Shown: one piece after another, positions 1 to 12,099 of the stretch
How the letters are laid out: every line of letters starts with the position of its first letter
Position numbering within the stretch: position 1 is the first letter of the stretch
Assembly: GCF_009834535.1 (NCBI RefSeq)
Contig: NC_045696.1
Location: 104,100,001 to 104,164,000 of the forward strand
Source of the DNA: Camelus ferus
Taxonomy: Eukaryota
Direction: 5' to 3'
DNA length: 64,000 nucleotides
The notes under the pieces: generated by a model
What the model was told of the DNA's origin: nothing
What the model saw: the letters and a program-made list of their open reading frames with translations, nothing else
Database searches by the model: none
Position numbers and translations under genes: made by a program

Positions 1-194
1 ATAAATAAGTCAGTTTAAAAAATGGGCAATAAAATCTGTATATGTACAAAAATATAGAATGTTAATAGAAGTATAAATTACTTTTTTTTTTATACTTAAG
101 GGTTTTAAAGTGGGGTCTGGGAGACCTTCATCATTTAGGAGGGTGGGCTGGAAAAAGCACTGGGCCATAGCTGAATGGGGGCACCCAGTGGGGT

Positions 195-232
195 GTGTGT
201 GTGTGTGTGTGTGTGTGCGTGCATGTGTGTGT
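195..232. repeat. (TG)n microsatellite, interrupted
   Basis: Read directly from the sequence. Confidence 0.9.
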
Positions 233-799
233 TGTGGGCATCCAAGGTCGCTGGAAGGTCAGGATAATAAGATGGTTTCTTTCCCGTGGCTTGCTTTCTT
301 TCATTTGTGTATGCATTTTTCCCTTCTGCTGTCAGGCCTCCTCCCCGGCTCTGCCTCTAGGATGCTCATCATCCCTCCTGCCCTTGCCAGGGCTGCCTCT
401 GCCTCTTCATCTTCATCCCTTCTTTTTCAGGACCATCACAGTCAGCCACCTGCTCTCTGGCCAGAACTGCTGTATTTCTCCATTCGTCTATCAGGGGAGA
501 GCCCTGAGCCACGGTGGAGCATGCCCGGACTGCAAATGCATCCAATTAAAAAAAAAATAACAGGGCTCTCGGGATAAACAGCAGCACCTGTACAGAGAAC
601 AGCTGCTCTTTAAGAATTCCTCCATATCTAATATCTCACTTAAGCCTTAGGATTGCCCTGGGCAGTGGGATGAGAAATCCTCACTTTACAGGGAAGGAGA
701 CTCCTGCCTGGAAGAGTCTTCCTCACTGCCATCAAAGCAAGCAAGGACAGCACCTTGCTCAAAGAATATCGGATGTCTCAAAGGAGATGGGGAGCACTA

Positions 800-980
800 A
801 AGGGGTGCAGATTTTGGAACTAGAGAAACTGAGGTCTGAGTTGGCCTCCACTTGCCAGCTGTGTGACTTTAGGCAAGTCACTTACCTTCTCTGAGCTTTC
901 ATTTCTTAAGCTTTGCTATGATAACACTACCTGCCTCCTAGGGCTATTAATGATGATCAAATGCACAACGAAGATAAAAT
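800..980 (+). mobile_element. MIR SINE
   Basis: Contains MIR core-like sequence: ccacttgccagctgtgtgactttaggcaagtcacttaccttctctgagc. Confidence 0.7.
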
Positions 981-1295
981 TCTTCTACAAGGAACTCATT
1001 TGATTTCCTTCTCTGTGAAGACAAATCTGCTTCATTGTGATTTTTTTTATTGGGAGTGTCTTTCCTCACTCATTTTATTTTTAAATACTAAAACCTAAAC
1101 ATTCAAAGCCTGATGTTATGTATATAGTTAAAAATGGAACTATCCTCCCCACCAATTATTTGAAACTGTTCTTTTTCTTCTTTGTTTTATCTACTTCCCA
1201 TCCCCTACTCCCTCCTTCTGGCCCCCTGCACATAATCACACACCCTTAGCCTATGAAGTTTCCCTGTGCTTGAGTCTAACTCAGAAAAAATCCAC

Positions 1296-2043
1296 CAAAG
1301 AAAAGGGAACACTTGTTCACTGTTGCTAGGAATGTAAATTGGTGCAACCACTATGGAAAACAGTATGGAGTTTCCTCAAAAAATTCAAAATAGAACTACC
1401 ATATGATCTAGAAATTCCACTGCTGGATATATATCCAAAGGAAAACCAATCACTATTTTGAAGAGATACCTTCACCCCATGTTCACTATTGCACTATTGA
1501 CAATAGCCAAGATGTAGGAACAACTGACGTGTCCACTGACCAATGAACGGATAAAGAAAATGGAATGTTATTCAGCCATAAAAAAGAAGGAAATCCTGCC
1601 ACTTGCAACAACTTGGATGGATCTTGAGGGCAGTAGATTAAGTGAAATAAGTCAGAGAAAGACAACCTGTGCATTCTCACCTATATGTAGAATCTAAAAA
1701 AGCTGAACTCAGAAATAGAGAATAGCATGGTGGTTCCAGGGCCTGGGGGTTGGGGGTAATGGAGAGTACAAACTTACAGCTATAAGATGAGTTCTGGAGA
1801 CCTAGTGTACAGCATGGTGATTATAGTTAAAATATTGTATTATACAATTGATAGCTGTTAAGAGAATTGATAGCTCTTAAATGTTATCACCACACACACA
1901 TGGAATTATGTGAGAGAATGGAGGTATTAAGTAACCTCATTGTGGTAATCATTTTGCAGTATATGTGTGTATCAAATCATCAAATTGTATATCCTAAATT
2001 TACACATGATATATGTCAATAGCTCAATAAAACTGGAAAAGAA
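1296..2043 (+). mobile_element. 5'-truncated L1 3' end (L1MA-like)
   Basis: Typical ORF2-end and 3' UTR motifs (gtaaattggtgcaaccactatggaaaacagtatggag) and an A tail. Apparent TSD AAAAAATCCAC at 1285-1295 and 2044-2054. Confidence 0.88.
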
Positions 2044-2744
2044 AAAAAATCCACAGAGTCATTGCACGGCAATTATAGGAGAGAGAGAATTTCCTTAATA
2101 AATGCCACCTGAACACAACTGAAGGCGGTGCTGTCCGAATGGGAGGAAGAAAGAATAGTTCCCAGGAGACAGAATTAACTTTGCATAAAGTTCTCATAAA
2201 TCCAGACACACTTATGCCTCTAGGCCTGCCGGGTCTCCACACAAGCTCAGAACCATCCCTGCTAAGGAAATCAAGGCCTGGGTGAACAGGGAGTCTGGGA
2301 GGCCGCGGTGCTGTGGCCGTCCCTGTCCTATGTCCCCCACATTCCTGTCCACAAAGCCCCCCTTTGATGTCCCCGACAAGGGCCTCAGCCTCGGGCCCAT
2401 CTGGGCTTGGCTGGGAGGGAGAGAGGTTGCCAGGCGGACACAAAGCAAAGGCCTGACCCAGGCCTCGGAAGGCATCCCCTTCATTGTTCTGAGGGAGGCC
2501 CAGGGCAGCCCCAGGCTGGGGGAGGGGAGCTGGTGGGGCCCAGCTGGCTGGCGGCACCCTGGCCAGACAGATGGCGAACAAAGGGGAAAGACAAAGGAGG
2601 TGAAGGCCCCAGGGCAGTCCCCACCGAAGGCCCCCACCTGACCCTCTGCCTCAGACCATCCTGACAGGGGCAGGCGGCTGCCCCCCTGTGTTGGCCTGCC
2701 TGGGCCTGACCCCACCAGTTTCTTCATTTAAGTCACAGCCAAAT

Positions 2745-2860
2745 TTTAACCCCCATTTTACAGATGAAGAAACTGGGTCTAAGAAATAAATGACTGTCCA
2801 AGGTCACAAGTCAGGATTTAAAACAAGCAGTCTGTTTCCAAGTCCTATATTCTTGATCTA
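2745..2860 (-). mobile_element. MIR fragment
   Basis: ccccattttacagatgaagaaactg...gtccaaggtcaca. Confidence 0.7.
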
Positions 2861-3779
2861 CCTCACTGGATTCTTTCTCTATGGTAAACATGGAGCTCTT
2901 GGCCCCTTGCACGACTTCTAACCTCAGTCAGAAAGATAAAACACTAAAAATTCCTCAACCTGTGTTATCAAAAGCCAGGAAATATCAGAATTCTCAATGG
3001 GGAAAAATGAATCAAGTTACCAGATTTCTTGACTAAAGGTATTCATATCACAATAAAATGTGTGTTTTCAGATGTTTAAAATCATTGTTTTCCAAAAGAG
3101 AGCGTTTTGACCGCACACAGTTGTGCTGAAGCACAACCAATCTGAACTACCGCCAGCTCCACTGAACACATTTTGCAAACACCTAGGAGGTGGTCTGACC
3201 AATGACTGTGTGGCACTCCTCCTGGGGTTTTTGCCAATTCCAGGGCTCCCTGGTACCACTGAGGAGGAAGCGTGGTGACTCGAGGTGGCTGTCGTGCAGC
3301 ACACACAAGCAGACTCGAGGGGTGCCTCCAGCACAAGCTCTGTCTCCATGAAAAGGAAGAGAAATAGAGCCATTAGAGGGAGTGGAGGTGAGACAGCGAG
3401 GTCTATCATATTATTGAGTGCCAGGATTTTGCAGCCCCCATTGACTCCTCAAGAAAGCAGCATCACCTCCATTTTACTGACGAGGAAAATGGGGGCTGGA
3501 GCTGGTGACATGATGAAGGGATATCTGTGTGTCTTCTCTGCCAAAGATCGAGCCCCCTTCTTTGGCTAGTAGCAACCCTGGTCCCACTCACAGTCAGCCG
3601 TGACTCAGGTGAGGCTACCTGGCTCCCGGTATGGGCACTTGACCCAGCTGAGCCTCTCACCACCGTCAGTCCCTAGGACACAGCAGTGGGCTCAGGGGTG
3701 TGCAGGTGACCCAGATCAGCCACGGAGACTCAGTCCTGGGGCTTCTGCTGGCTTCTTGGCCTTTTTTTTTTTTTTTTTT

Positions 3780-4925
3780 TTGGTTCATTCTAAAGTAAAT
3801 TCTAGACACATTATCATTTTATCCTCAGATAAGGGATTGTAAAAAACATTACCATAATACCATTATCACACATAACAAAATTACAGTGATTTCTTAAAAT
3901 CGAATACCCAATCCATGTTCATGGTTCCCTAGTTGTGTTAAAATGTCTCTTTATAGTTGGTTAGTTCAAATCAGAATCCAGTTAGGTTCCTTTTGCACAT
4001 AGCTTATGTGTCTCAGTGTATTTTAAATTTATTTTAATCTATAATACTAGCTTCTTTCATTCTTTACCCCACATCATTTATTTATTGGAGAAACAGAGTC
4101 ATTTATCCTGTAGAATTTCCAGCCTTGGCAGGTGGTATCCTCCCAGTGCCTCTTAAAATGTTCCTCTATCCCTCGTACTCTCTGTAAAGCGGTAGGAAGG
4201 TCTAGAAGTGTGGTTTGATTCAGGGTCAATTTTAGGGGTAAGAATACTTCACAGTGTGGCATGGACGTTCCATGACATCGTACCTGGGTCACATCCCGTC
4301 TGGATGCTGAATTTTGGGAGATGTTAAAATGGACCAGGGGGTTCATTATCCATCATAATGCCCCCTCACCTTTCACTTCATGGTTTTAACAGCATTGATG
4401 ATTGTGGCTTAGATCCATTATTTCAATAGGAGTGACAAAATGGTGGTTTTCTAATCTAATCATGTTTCTTTCTTTTATTCGCCATGATTCTTCTATAAAC
4501 TTTTCCCCATCATCTCTTCGATTGCTCTGAAATATAATCCATCCAGTAAAGACAGGATACGTGCTTGTTTCTTTCCCTTCATGTACCTGTTTTCAGAATA
4601 AAGATTTATTGCCTACCAAAATTAAACAAACAAAAAAAGTCCCAATATATTTTTCACAAGTATCATTTAAAGAGGATTTAAAGCATACATGATATTTCAA
4701 TAAATTATCTTCATTATTCTTTTCGATGCTCAGACTGTCTCATCTCTGGCCACAGAGCCCTTTCAAATGGATTCTACATCCTTTCCACAGGAACCAGGGA
4801 GTCCTGAGAGCTTCCTTATTTTCTGGCACAAGATGTCCCAGGCTTATCTTGGCTACATCCTGCCCTAGCCTGGAGTCTGTCATTTTCCCAAGGAGCCCTG
4901 GTTCCTTTCGGTGGTAAATGGTGCT
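3780..4925 (-). mobile_element. Old L1 3' UTR (L1MC-like)
   Basis: Resembles L1MC4/5 3' end sequence. Family call is from recall. Confidence 0.6.
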
Positions 4926-5329
4926 TAAAAGAACACAAGCATTTAAAAAGCCCTTCTCCTCTGGAAGTGATGCAGACAAGCAGTTCCCACAATCGCTGGT
5001 CAGATCTTTTCTGGTGCAGCCAGGAGAGACAGATGCTGCAGAGAAACCTCACTGCTTTCAAGATGTTGGCCTCTGGCTGGCCTTGCCGGAAAGGACCATG
5101 GAGAAAAGCCCAGAAAAACCAAGCCCAGCTGTCTCCGCATCCTTCCCGCAGAGCAACTGGCCAAGATCTGACAGGTGTGAGGCGGGGGGGTTTTCCTGGA
5201 GACCTGCATCCTCTGCTCACCAAGCTGATGTCTCAGACAAAGCGTGCCAGGCTTCCTCATGGAGGATCTAACAGTGCTGTTCTGTAACCATGTCTGTGTG
5301 GGACAGGAGAGGTGGGTGCCCCTAAGGGC

Positions 5330-5510
5330 TTTGGTAAGGACTTTACAAACAATGTAAATCTCACATCCGCCCTAGGAGCTAAGTACCATTTCTGTCCTCA
5401 CTGTACAGATGAGGAAAATGAGGCTCAAAGAGGTTAAGTCACGTGGTTGAGGTCACCACATGATATGTAAGTGTATGGGCTACAATGTGACCCAGGCCTC
5501 TTGGACTTCA
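5330..5510 (-). mobile_element. MIR SINE
   Basis: tacagatgaggaaaatgaggctcaaagaggttaagtcac. Confidence 0.75.
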
Positions 5511-5589
5511 TAATGAATAATGAAGCTCCCTATGCCTGGGGAGGGAGGTACTGGTACAATACCAAAAACACTAGCAGCAGCAACTGAAA

Positions 5590-6575
5590 TTGCTAAATGC
5601 CACTCTAATATCCAACCTCCCTTTCTTTCTTATTATTGAATCTCTGCTTTTATTCTGGAGAGAAATGGGCACACTTGAGAGACTATATTTCCCAGCCTCC
5701 CTCACAGTTAGGGGCAGCCAATGAGATGTAAGCAGAAGTTGTTGGCCGTGAATTCTGGGTAAGCTTCTTATAAGGGGACAGACAACTGCAGGGGACCCAT
5801 TGCCCTCCTTGCTCCTAGCTTCCTGCTTACATCGTGGCCAAGACGACTAGAGCTCCATTGTCATCCTGGATCATAAAATGGTGTTGAACATGGAAGCCTG
5901 GCACTGAGGATTGGGGAACAAAAAGACAGAAGGAGCCTGGGTCCCTGAAGGTGAGGAACGGCTATGCCAGGCTGGACTGCCTGTGCCCAAGAGTCTCTCC
6001 TCGAATGATTCTATTCAGGCTCCCCTGAACTCTCTTCTCAACTAGGCCCTGACTTTTGAGCTTCTGTGTTCATCTCTGCATTGTCCAGTTTTAGCAAGAT
6101 CCTGCTAAATCAGTTTAGCAGACCCCTCCCACCCCATCAATATCTGATCACTCTTGATATCAGATCAGCTTCCTCATCTCCACTATCCTCTAGGTGATGT
6201 CTGATCACACTGGCCTGCCTTCAGCAGGAAGCCCCTTAGGCCGTTTTAGCCAGAATCCTCCTTTAACCCTGATGTTTGTTTTTAATAATTTTCTATCCAC
6301 TGACCCCCCCCCCCAACAACACTGCTTGTTGGCTATTAACCCCCACTTGTCCTTGTATTCAGAGTTGAACTGGATCTCTCTCCCCTACTACACAACCCTG
6401 TGTAGTGGCCCCCCTTGAATAGAATCTTCCTTAACCGACTGTCCCGAGTAATTTTTTCTTTGACACTCATCATTGGACTTCATTTATGGGAGAGAGAAAC
6501 AGAACTCTGTCTTGCTTAAGCCATTTATTTGGGTATGTTGTTCAGGGCAGCTGAGCCTAATCCAAATAGATGTAA
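5590..6575 (+). mobile_element. MLT1 (MaLR) LTR interrupted by an ERV1-type LTR (MER31/MER67-like, ~5985-6465)
   Basis: MLT1 motifs (tttcccagcctccctcacagttagg; ttaagccatttatttgggt) flank an LTR containing ttagcaagatcctgctaaatcagtttagc and atatctgatcac. Confidence 0.6.
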
Positions 6576-7189
6576 GCAACAACATCAAACGCAGAAGCAG
6601 TGCAGAATTCTGGATTTTCGGTGATGCCCCACCTCAGAGGTTATCAGCCTTCCTGAGAACACTTTCCTTTTATATGACAAATATTTTGCAAGGTTCCCTT
6701 TATCATTCTGAAATAAAAATCAATCACATGCAATATATCCAAATCAATTTAATGTCCCAATTCTAACGTTATGTTAGGAGGAATAAAAATAATTTGTAAA
6801 AATACGTATTTCAATTTATAAATGCTCAGGTGCAATTACACCAGCAGACACAATGAGGCAGTCGTTAGATGCCAATACCTATACATAATATCATCGTGCG
6901 TGTGGCAGCCTCCAATGCAGCTGGCTTACACGGGTATTTTTATTAAAATACAGGAGTGGTTTTGACATTCTGAAATGGCAAACAACTCTCAATAAAGTTT
7001 CAGTCATAATGAAACAAAGCATAGTCTTACCTCGATTTACACCGTTAGATGCATTTCTAGAAAACACAGTATTAAAACCACACAAAAATACTTTGCGTTT
7101 ATATAAAAAGCAAAGTTCCAGGATGAGCTAATTAGGAACAGGGTATTTTTTTTCTTCAGCTACATGAGTTTCTGGTAGAACACGGAGAA

Positions 7190-7347
7190 TTTGTGTGGGG
7201 TGTAGGACAGCTTTGTTGTATGGGACTGTCCCACACGTTGTAGGGGACAGTGCACCCCTGCCACACCCGCCAGGACTCCCCTCCAGTCAACCCAGCACTA
7301 AGAGCACGGCTCAAACTTCCCCAGTGCCCCCTAGTGTTGAAAACTGC
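7190..7347. mobile_element. hAT-Charlie MITE remnant (MER5B/MER20-like)
   Basis: ctttgttgtatgggactgtcc...gttgaaaactg terminus. Confidence 0.45.
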
Positions 7348-8359
7348 GGGAGGAGCACGGCGGCAAACATCACCTCTGCAGTCCCACAAAGAGCTGTGCT
7401 TTCTGCTCTCTGCTTCTGCTGGAACCCCAGGGAGACTCTGGGGGCAAGTATCATTGTCCCCACTTGACAGACAAAGCAGCAGAAGACCCTGGGAAATTGC
7501 TGATGCTAAAAGAGCTAAGCGCTGAGCTCCTCAACACTTAAATTCCAAATCTCTAAGAGATCTAACAAGGAAGTGGCAACCATCAACACAACTCTATTTT
7601 ATACACAAACACCTAGCCAAGCCAGTGCTGTACATTTTTCTTGTAAGACACTTGCCCATTAACCTGGGTTGGCTAATTAATCTTTGGGTGATATGAAATT
7701 ATAAGCTAATCATGCTTTGCTTCATTGTAAGAATAGAGAGGATACGCCTTTGTGGTAGATTTCCACTAACAACTTCTCAGCCTGAAAAGCCACATGGATG
7801 AGCAGGAACTCTCTTTAAACTCACAGTCCTAAGCCAGCCCTTGGCCGATACAGTCAGTTGCAAGAAGGAACTTATAGGAGTTCCCAAGAACAGTGACATG
7901 AGGGGAATCAGTACAAAACACACCAAAATTCATATTTCTGCTATCAAGAAACTGACCAACTTTTTAATCTTCCGACACTAGCTTGGTTTTGCAGAGCTTT
8001 GGGCATGGCAAACTTACATTGTGATCTCTCTCCTTCCCTCCTCTGTAGGCAATGGGTGAACTCAACTTACTGATAATTCCTCTCTCACTGTTTCCATATA
8101 TGTTTTTCATTTTAAAATAAAGAAAAATGCTTTCCTTATCCAATTCGGTCCTTTGCACACAAGTTTTGGCTTTTTTTTTTTTTTTTCTTGGAACAGCAAA
8201 GACTGAGGCTGGCATGAATTCCTTGAAGGAGAAGTCTGACAGACAAAGGGTTTCAATGAAGGTGCAGTTTGACCGCTTTCCTCCAACTGGGCAAAAGAGA
8301 AGGCCCTGAAGGGCGCTGCACGTGCTGACTTTCCGCTGGGTAGCAGGCTTTCTCACAAG

Positions 8360-8530
8360 TGTAAATCACATTTAATGCTCAAAGCATTACTGGGGCAGGT
8401 ATCACAATTCTCACTATATAGATGGGAAAAATAAGAGAAGACGACTTGCTTCAGTTCCCAGAGCGGGTGCTAGGCTCAGGATTTGAACCCAGATCTGTCT
8501 GAGCTAGGAAACCACCATGATTCTAACACA
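8360..8530 (-). mobile_element. MIR SINE
   Basis: caggatttgaacccagatctgtctga. Confidence 0.6.
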
Positions 8531-9939
8531 GCCTTTGATAATTACCTATTGGCACAGCCTTGCCTTCCTCCACCTCCTCACAGGGGGCAGAGTGTTCACT
8601 GCCCAGCAGGAACAATTCTTTGTGTGGCACAAAGTGCTGGACTTTCTGCCCTTGTACTCCGTCTCAGTCTCCAAATCTGAAACTCCAGGGGTGCAATTGT
8701 AACTGCAAATTCTGCCCACCGAGTCCTTTGGAAAGCAGCTCTCTCTCACAATTACAACCCAGTACAATTATATTGGTCTTTCACTATAAACAATGAAGAA
8801 CTGTTGGAAGGAAAGTCTAAATTCCAGCTCTGCCAGGATTTCTCTGTAACTCAGTAAACATTGCTGAATATTAATAAATGAATAAACAGGAAAACTGATG
8901 AATGTGTTCTGTGCTTCCACAGACTGAGAACACACTCTCGGTGATGGGGCCGAGGGAGCCGCCGGGACAGGCTGACTGCAGCCATTGGCTCTTCTTCCCA
9001 TCCCACCTGCTTTAAAGGGAAACCCTCTGGGAACAGAGGAAATTGTACCAATAAACACAATATTACTTTAAATCCTTGATTTCCTGTATGACATAGCAAA
9101 GTATTTACTCTAATGCCCACTCATGTCAGCATGAAATCCCATCCCCGAAAAGGAGAGGAGGTAGAGGGAGATAAAAAGAGGGCATTTATTACAACTGCAA
9201 TTAGAATCGGAATCAAATTATTTTAAAGATACAATGTCAATATTTTACAAACTATTCCCTTACGGGGTAGAGAATCTGGGAGCACCCAGCTGCTGTTTTC
9301 AACTTCATAATTGCATTCTGGCTAAATTATAGCTTTAAATCATAGAATTATTAATATGCAGCCCACATTTGGTCCTATACAACCAGTATCAAATTAGTAT
9401 CTTTCTTAGAGGACAAATACCTAATGGTAAATATATTTATTCAAATTACATTTAATTTGTCCTCTCTCGTCACAGAAGACTATAAAATAATTCTTTATTT
9501 CTCTCCATGTTTTAATGTTTGTAATTTACCAGGCCCTCAGGCAGCTCCCAGATTTTCTTTAAATGTTAATGCAACGAATTTTCGGGGGTGCTTCTCTGTG
9601 GGAGCATGCTCTTTCCAGGTTCCGCGGGTTCTGGGTGCCAGCTCCTGGGCTCAGAGGGGAAGAACCCGATGCAGAACCCAGGAGACCCACGGTGCTGCGA
9701 GCACCACAGCAGCTGCCGGGCGCCCCCTAGAGCTTCTGAAGGGCAAGACGCCTTATTTTTATGTCAGTCAAACTAATTCCATTTCTGAAGCATTTTCAAA
9801 TACGCGTTTGGACTGAGAGAAACGGTGGGGCCGATTTCTTTTTTTTCCTAAGATATTTTTCACGTAAGTTATAAATTGGGTTGCATTGGTAATCATTTTC
9901 TAGTGGTTTCAGGGGTGGAATTATCAGCTGTTTAAATGC

Positions 9940-10380
9940 CTTGCAACATACTACTTCTATGGTCTTCCTTCCCAAAGTGCATAACCTCAATCTAATCATA
10001 AGGATAAAATAAGACAAACTCAAATTATGGGTCATTTTGCCAAAGAATTGGTCTGTGAAAAACATTAGTGTCTTGAGAGTGAAAAGCTGAGACATGCTCC
10101 AGAGTGAGGGAGACTAAAGAGACATGAAAACTGAATGCAACAACATGTGATTTTAAACCAGATCTTTTTGCTCTAAAGGGCATTACTGGGACAAGCAACC
10201 ATGTTTGCATATGCACTGTACATTAAATAATAGTATTGTGTAAAAGCTGCTCTTCCTGAATTTGATTGTCGCACTATTGTTATACAAGAGAATGTCCTTG
10301 ATCTCTGAAATTTACTCTTAGTTGAAAAAAACTAAAAAAAAAAAAAAAAAAAACCAAACATGAAATGAGAATGTGTATAT
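9940..10380 (+). mobile_element. Old L1 3' UTR fragment
   Basis: cataacctcaatctaatcat...gacatgaaaactgaatgcaa, L1MC/ME-type. Confidence 0.6.
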
Positions 10381-10389
10381 AATATGCGC

Positions 10390-10881
10390 ATTATATTCAT
10401 TTCACATTGTTGCTTTAACAAAATACCACGAATTTAGCGGCTTTAAATAACACAAGCTTTTTATCTTACAGTTCTGGAAGTCAGAAGGCTGACATGGGTC
10501 TTACTGGGCTAAAATCCAGTAAGGACTAAGTTCCTTTCTGGAGGATCCAGGGGAGAATGTGTTTTCTTGCCTTTTCCAGCTCCTAGGGGTTGCCCGCATT
10601 CTTTGGTTCATGTTGTCCTTCCATTTTCAAAGTCCATAACGGCCAGTGGAGTCTTTGTCACAATGCCATCTCTGGTTCTGACTCTTCTGCCTCCCTTTTC
10701 CCCAATTTATAAGGACTCTTGTGATTACCTTGGACCCACCGGGGTAATCCAGGCTAATCTCTTTAAGTCCGCTGAGTTGCAGCCTTAATTTTTTCTGCAT
10801 CATTAATTCCCCCTTGCCATGTAACATACTATATTCATAAACTTGAGGGATTAGGATGTAGATATCATTGGAGGCCATTAT

Positions 10882-10882
<1 letters not shown>
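10390..10882 (-). mobile_element. MLT1 (MaLR) LTR
   Basis: aacaaaataccac...ttatcttacagttctggaagtcagaag...ggattaggatgtagatatcattggaggccattatt. Confidence 0.8.

Positions 10883-10932
<50 letters not shown>
10882..10932. repeat. Compound (TC)n(CA)n microsatellite
   Basis: Read directly from the sequence. Confidence 0.9.
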
Positions 10933-10935
<3 letters not shown>

Positions 10936-11769
10936 AAAGAAAAAGAGAGAAAGCAAATGTATTAAGATGTTAACAAGTTAACCATAAATGAAGAGTGTAT
11001 GGGAGTTAACAGTAAAATTCTTGCAAATTTTTGTGGGTTTAAAATTTTTTCCAAAGAAAAAATTCAATTAAAAAGAAAACAAAACCTTACAATAGTGCTG
11101 GATATTTCAAGCAACCCAAATTCACAGTCTCTGATCTGAATTCGGAAGCTCTGAGCACTTACTGTGTTTAGCTTCAAAGGCCCGCCTGAACTGTCCCAAG
11201 GCTCTTCACAGCCTCTGCTTCCCCCTTGCTGTAACTGTCTGTCCATCAGCATCCCTTCACTCCCTCTGCACTGTTTCACCTGGGGTGGCTCATGTGCCGG
11301 GCTCTGGGCTAGGTCCTGAAAGGCAACACAGGGAGGAGGGCTCTGCCTTCTGAGATCCTGGAGTCAAGTGCAGCCAATGCCAAGGTGCTGTGAGATCAGC
11401 AGGACCCAACCTGGGCCTGAGGGCAGGGAGGCGAGGAGTGGGACAGAGATAGCTTTGCAGGGAGGTGATGCGAGTTAGTAACTGGGTGGAGAAGATCAGT
11501 GAGGAGAAGACGTCCTATGTGGAAGAACAGTGCGGGGGAAGTGCTTGGAGGCTTGACAGCACATGGCCTGTTTGAGAAAATCAAGTCAATCGGTCTGATG
11601 GGGGGACAGCAGATGTTGGAGGGCAGACAAGGCTAGGCCACGCAAAAGGGTAGCTTTGCATGGGATTTCTGCAGTAAGGAAACTGCTTTGATCCTGAAAT
11701 TCCTGGGGAGGCACCATAGGGATTTTTATTATGGAATATTTACTAAGTGAACACACACACCCAAATATG

Positions 11770-12050
11770 TGTGGTAGGCACCTTTGGAAGTGGCTGTGGG
11801 TGATTCCTCCCTCCTGGTGTTCATACTCTTGTGCAGTTCCCTCCCCTGGAGGGTGGACTAGGCCTGTGACTTGCTTCCACTGAGAAGAATATGGCAAAAA
11901 TTGTGGGCTGTCACTCCCAAGATTAGTTTATAAAGACTGGCAACCCCAGCTGACACTGCAGCCCCTGAGAAATGGTGAGATAGTAAGTATTTGTTGCTTT
12001 AAATTATTCACTTTGGGGGTAATTTGTTATGCAGTGATAGATTAGAAGAA
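11770..12050 (+). mobile_element. MLT1 LTR, internally deleted
   Basis: tgtggtaggc...gtgacttgcttc...gggggtaatttgttatgcagtgatagat. Confidence 0.7.
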
Positions 12051-12099
12051 AAAATTTTTAAATCATCAGACCCACCAGTGGCTTAGAGAAATAGAGCAT

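Noticed and set aside
110..577. 155-aa ORF and overlapping ORFs
   Set aside because: Runs through a (TG)n repeat, has low complexity and resembles no protein I recognise.
2024..2727. 185-aa and 171-aa minus-strand ORFs
   Set aside because: GC-rich intergenic patch with ORFs in several frames, no domain and no supported splice structure.
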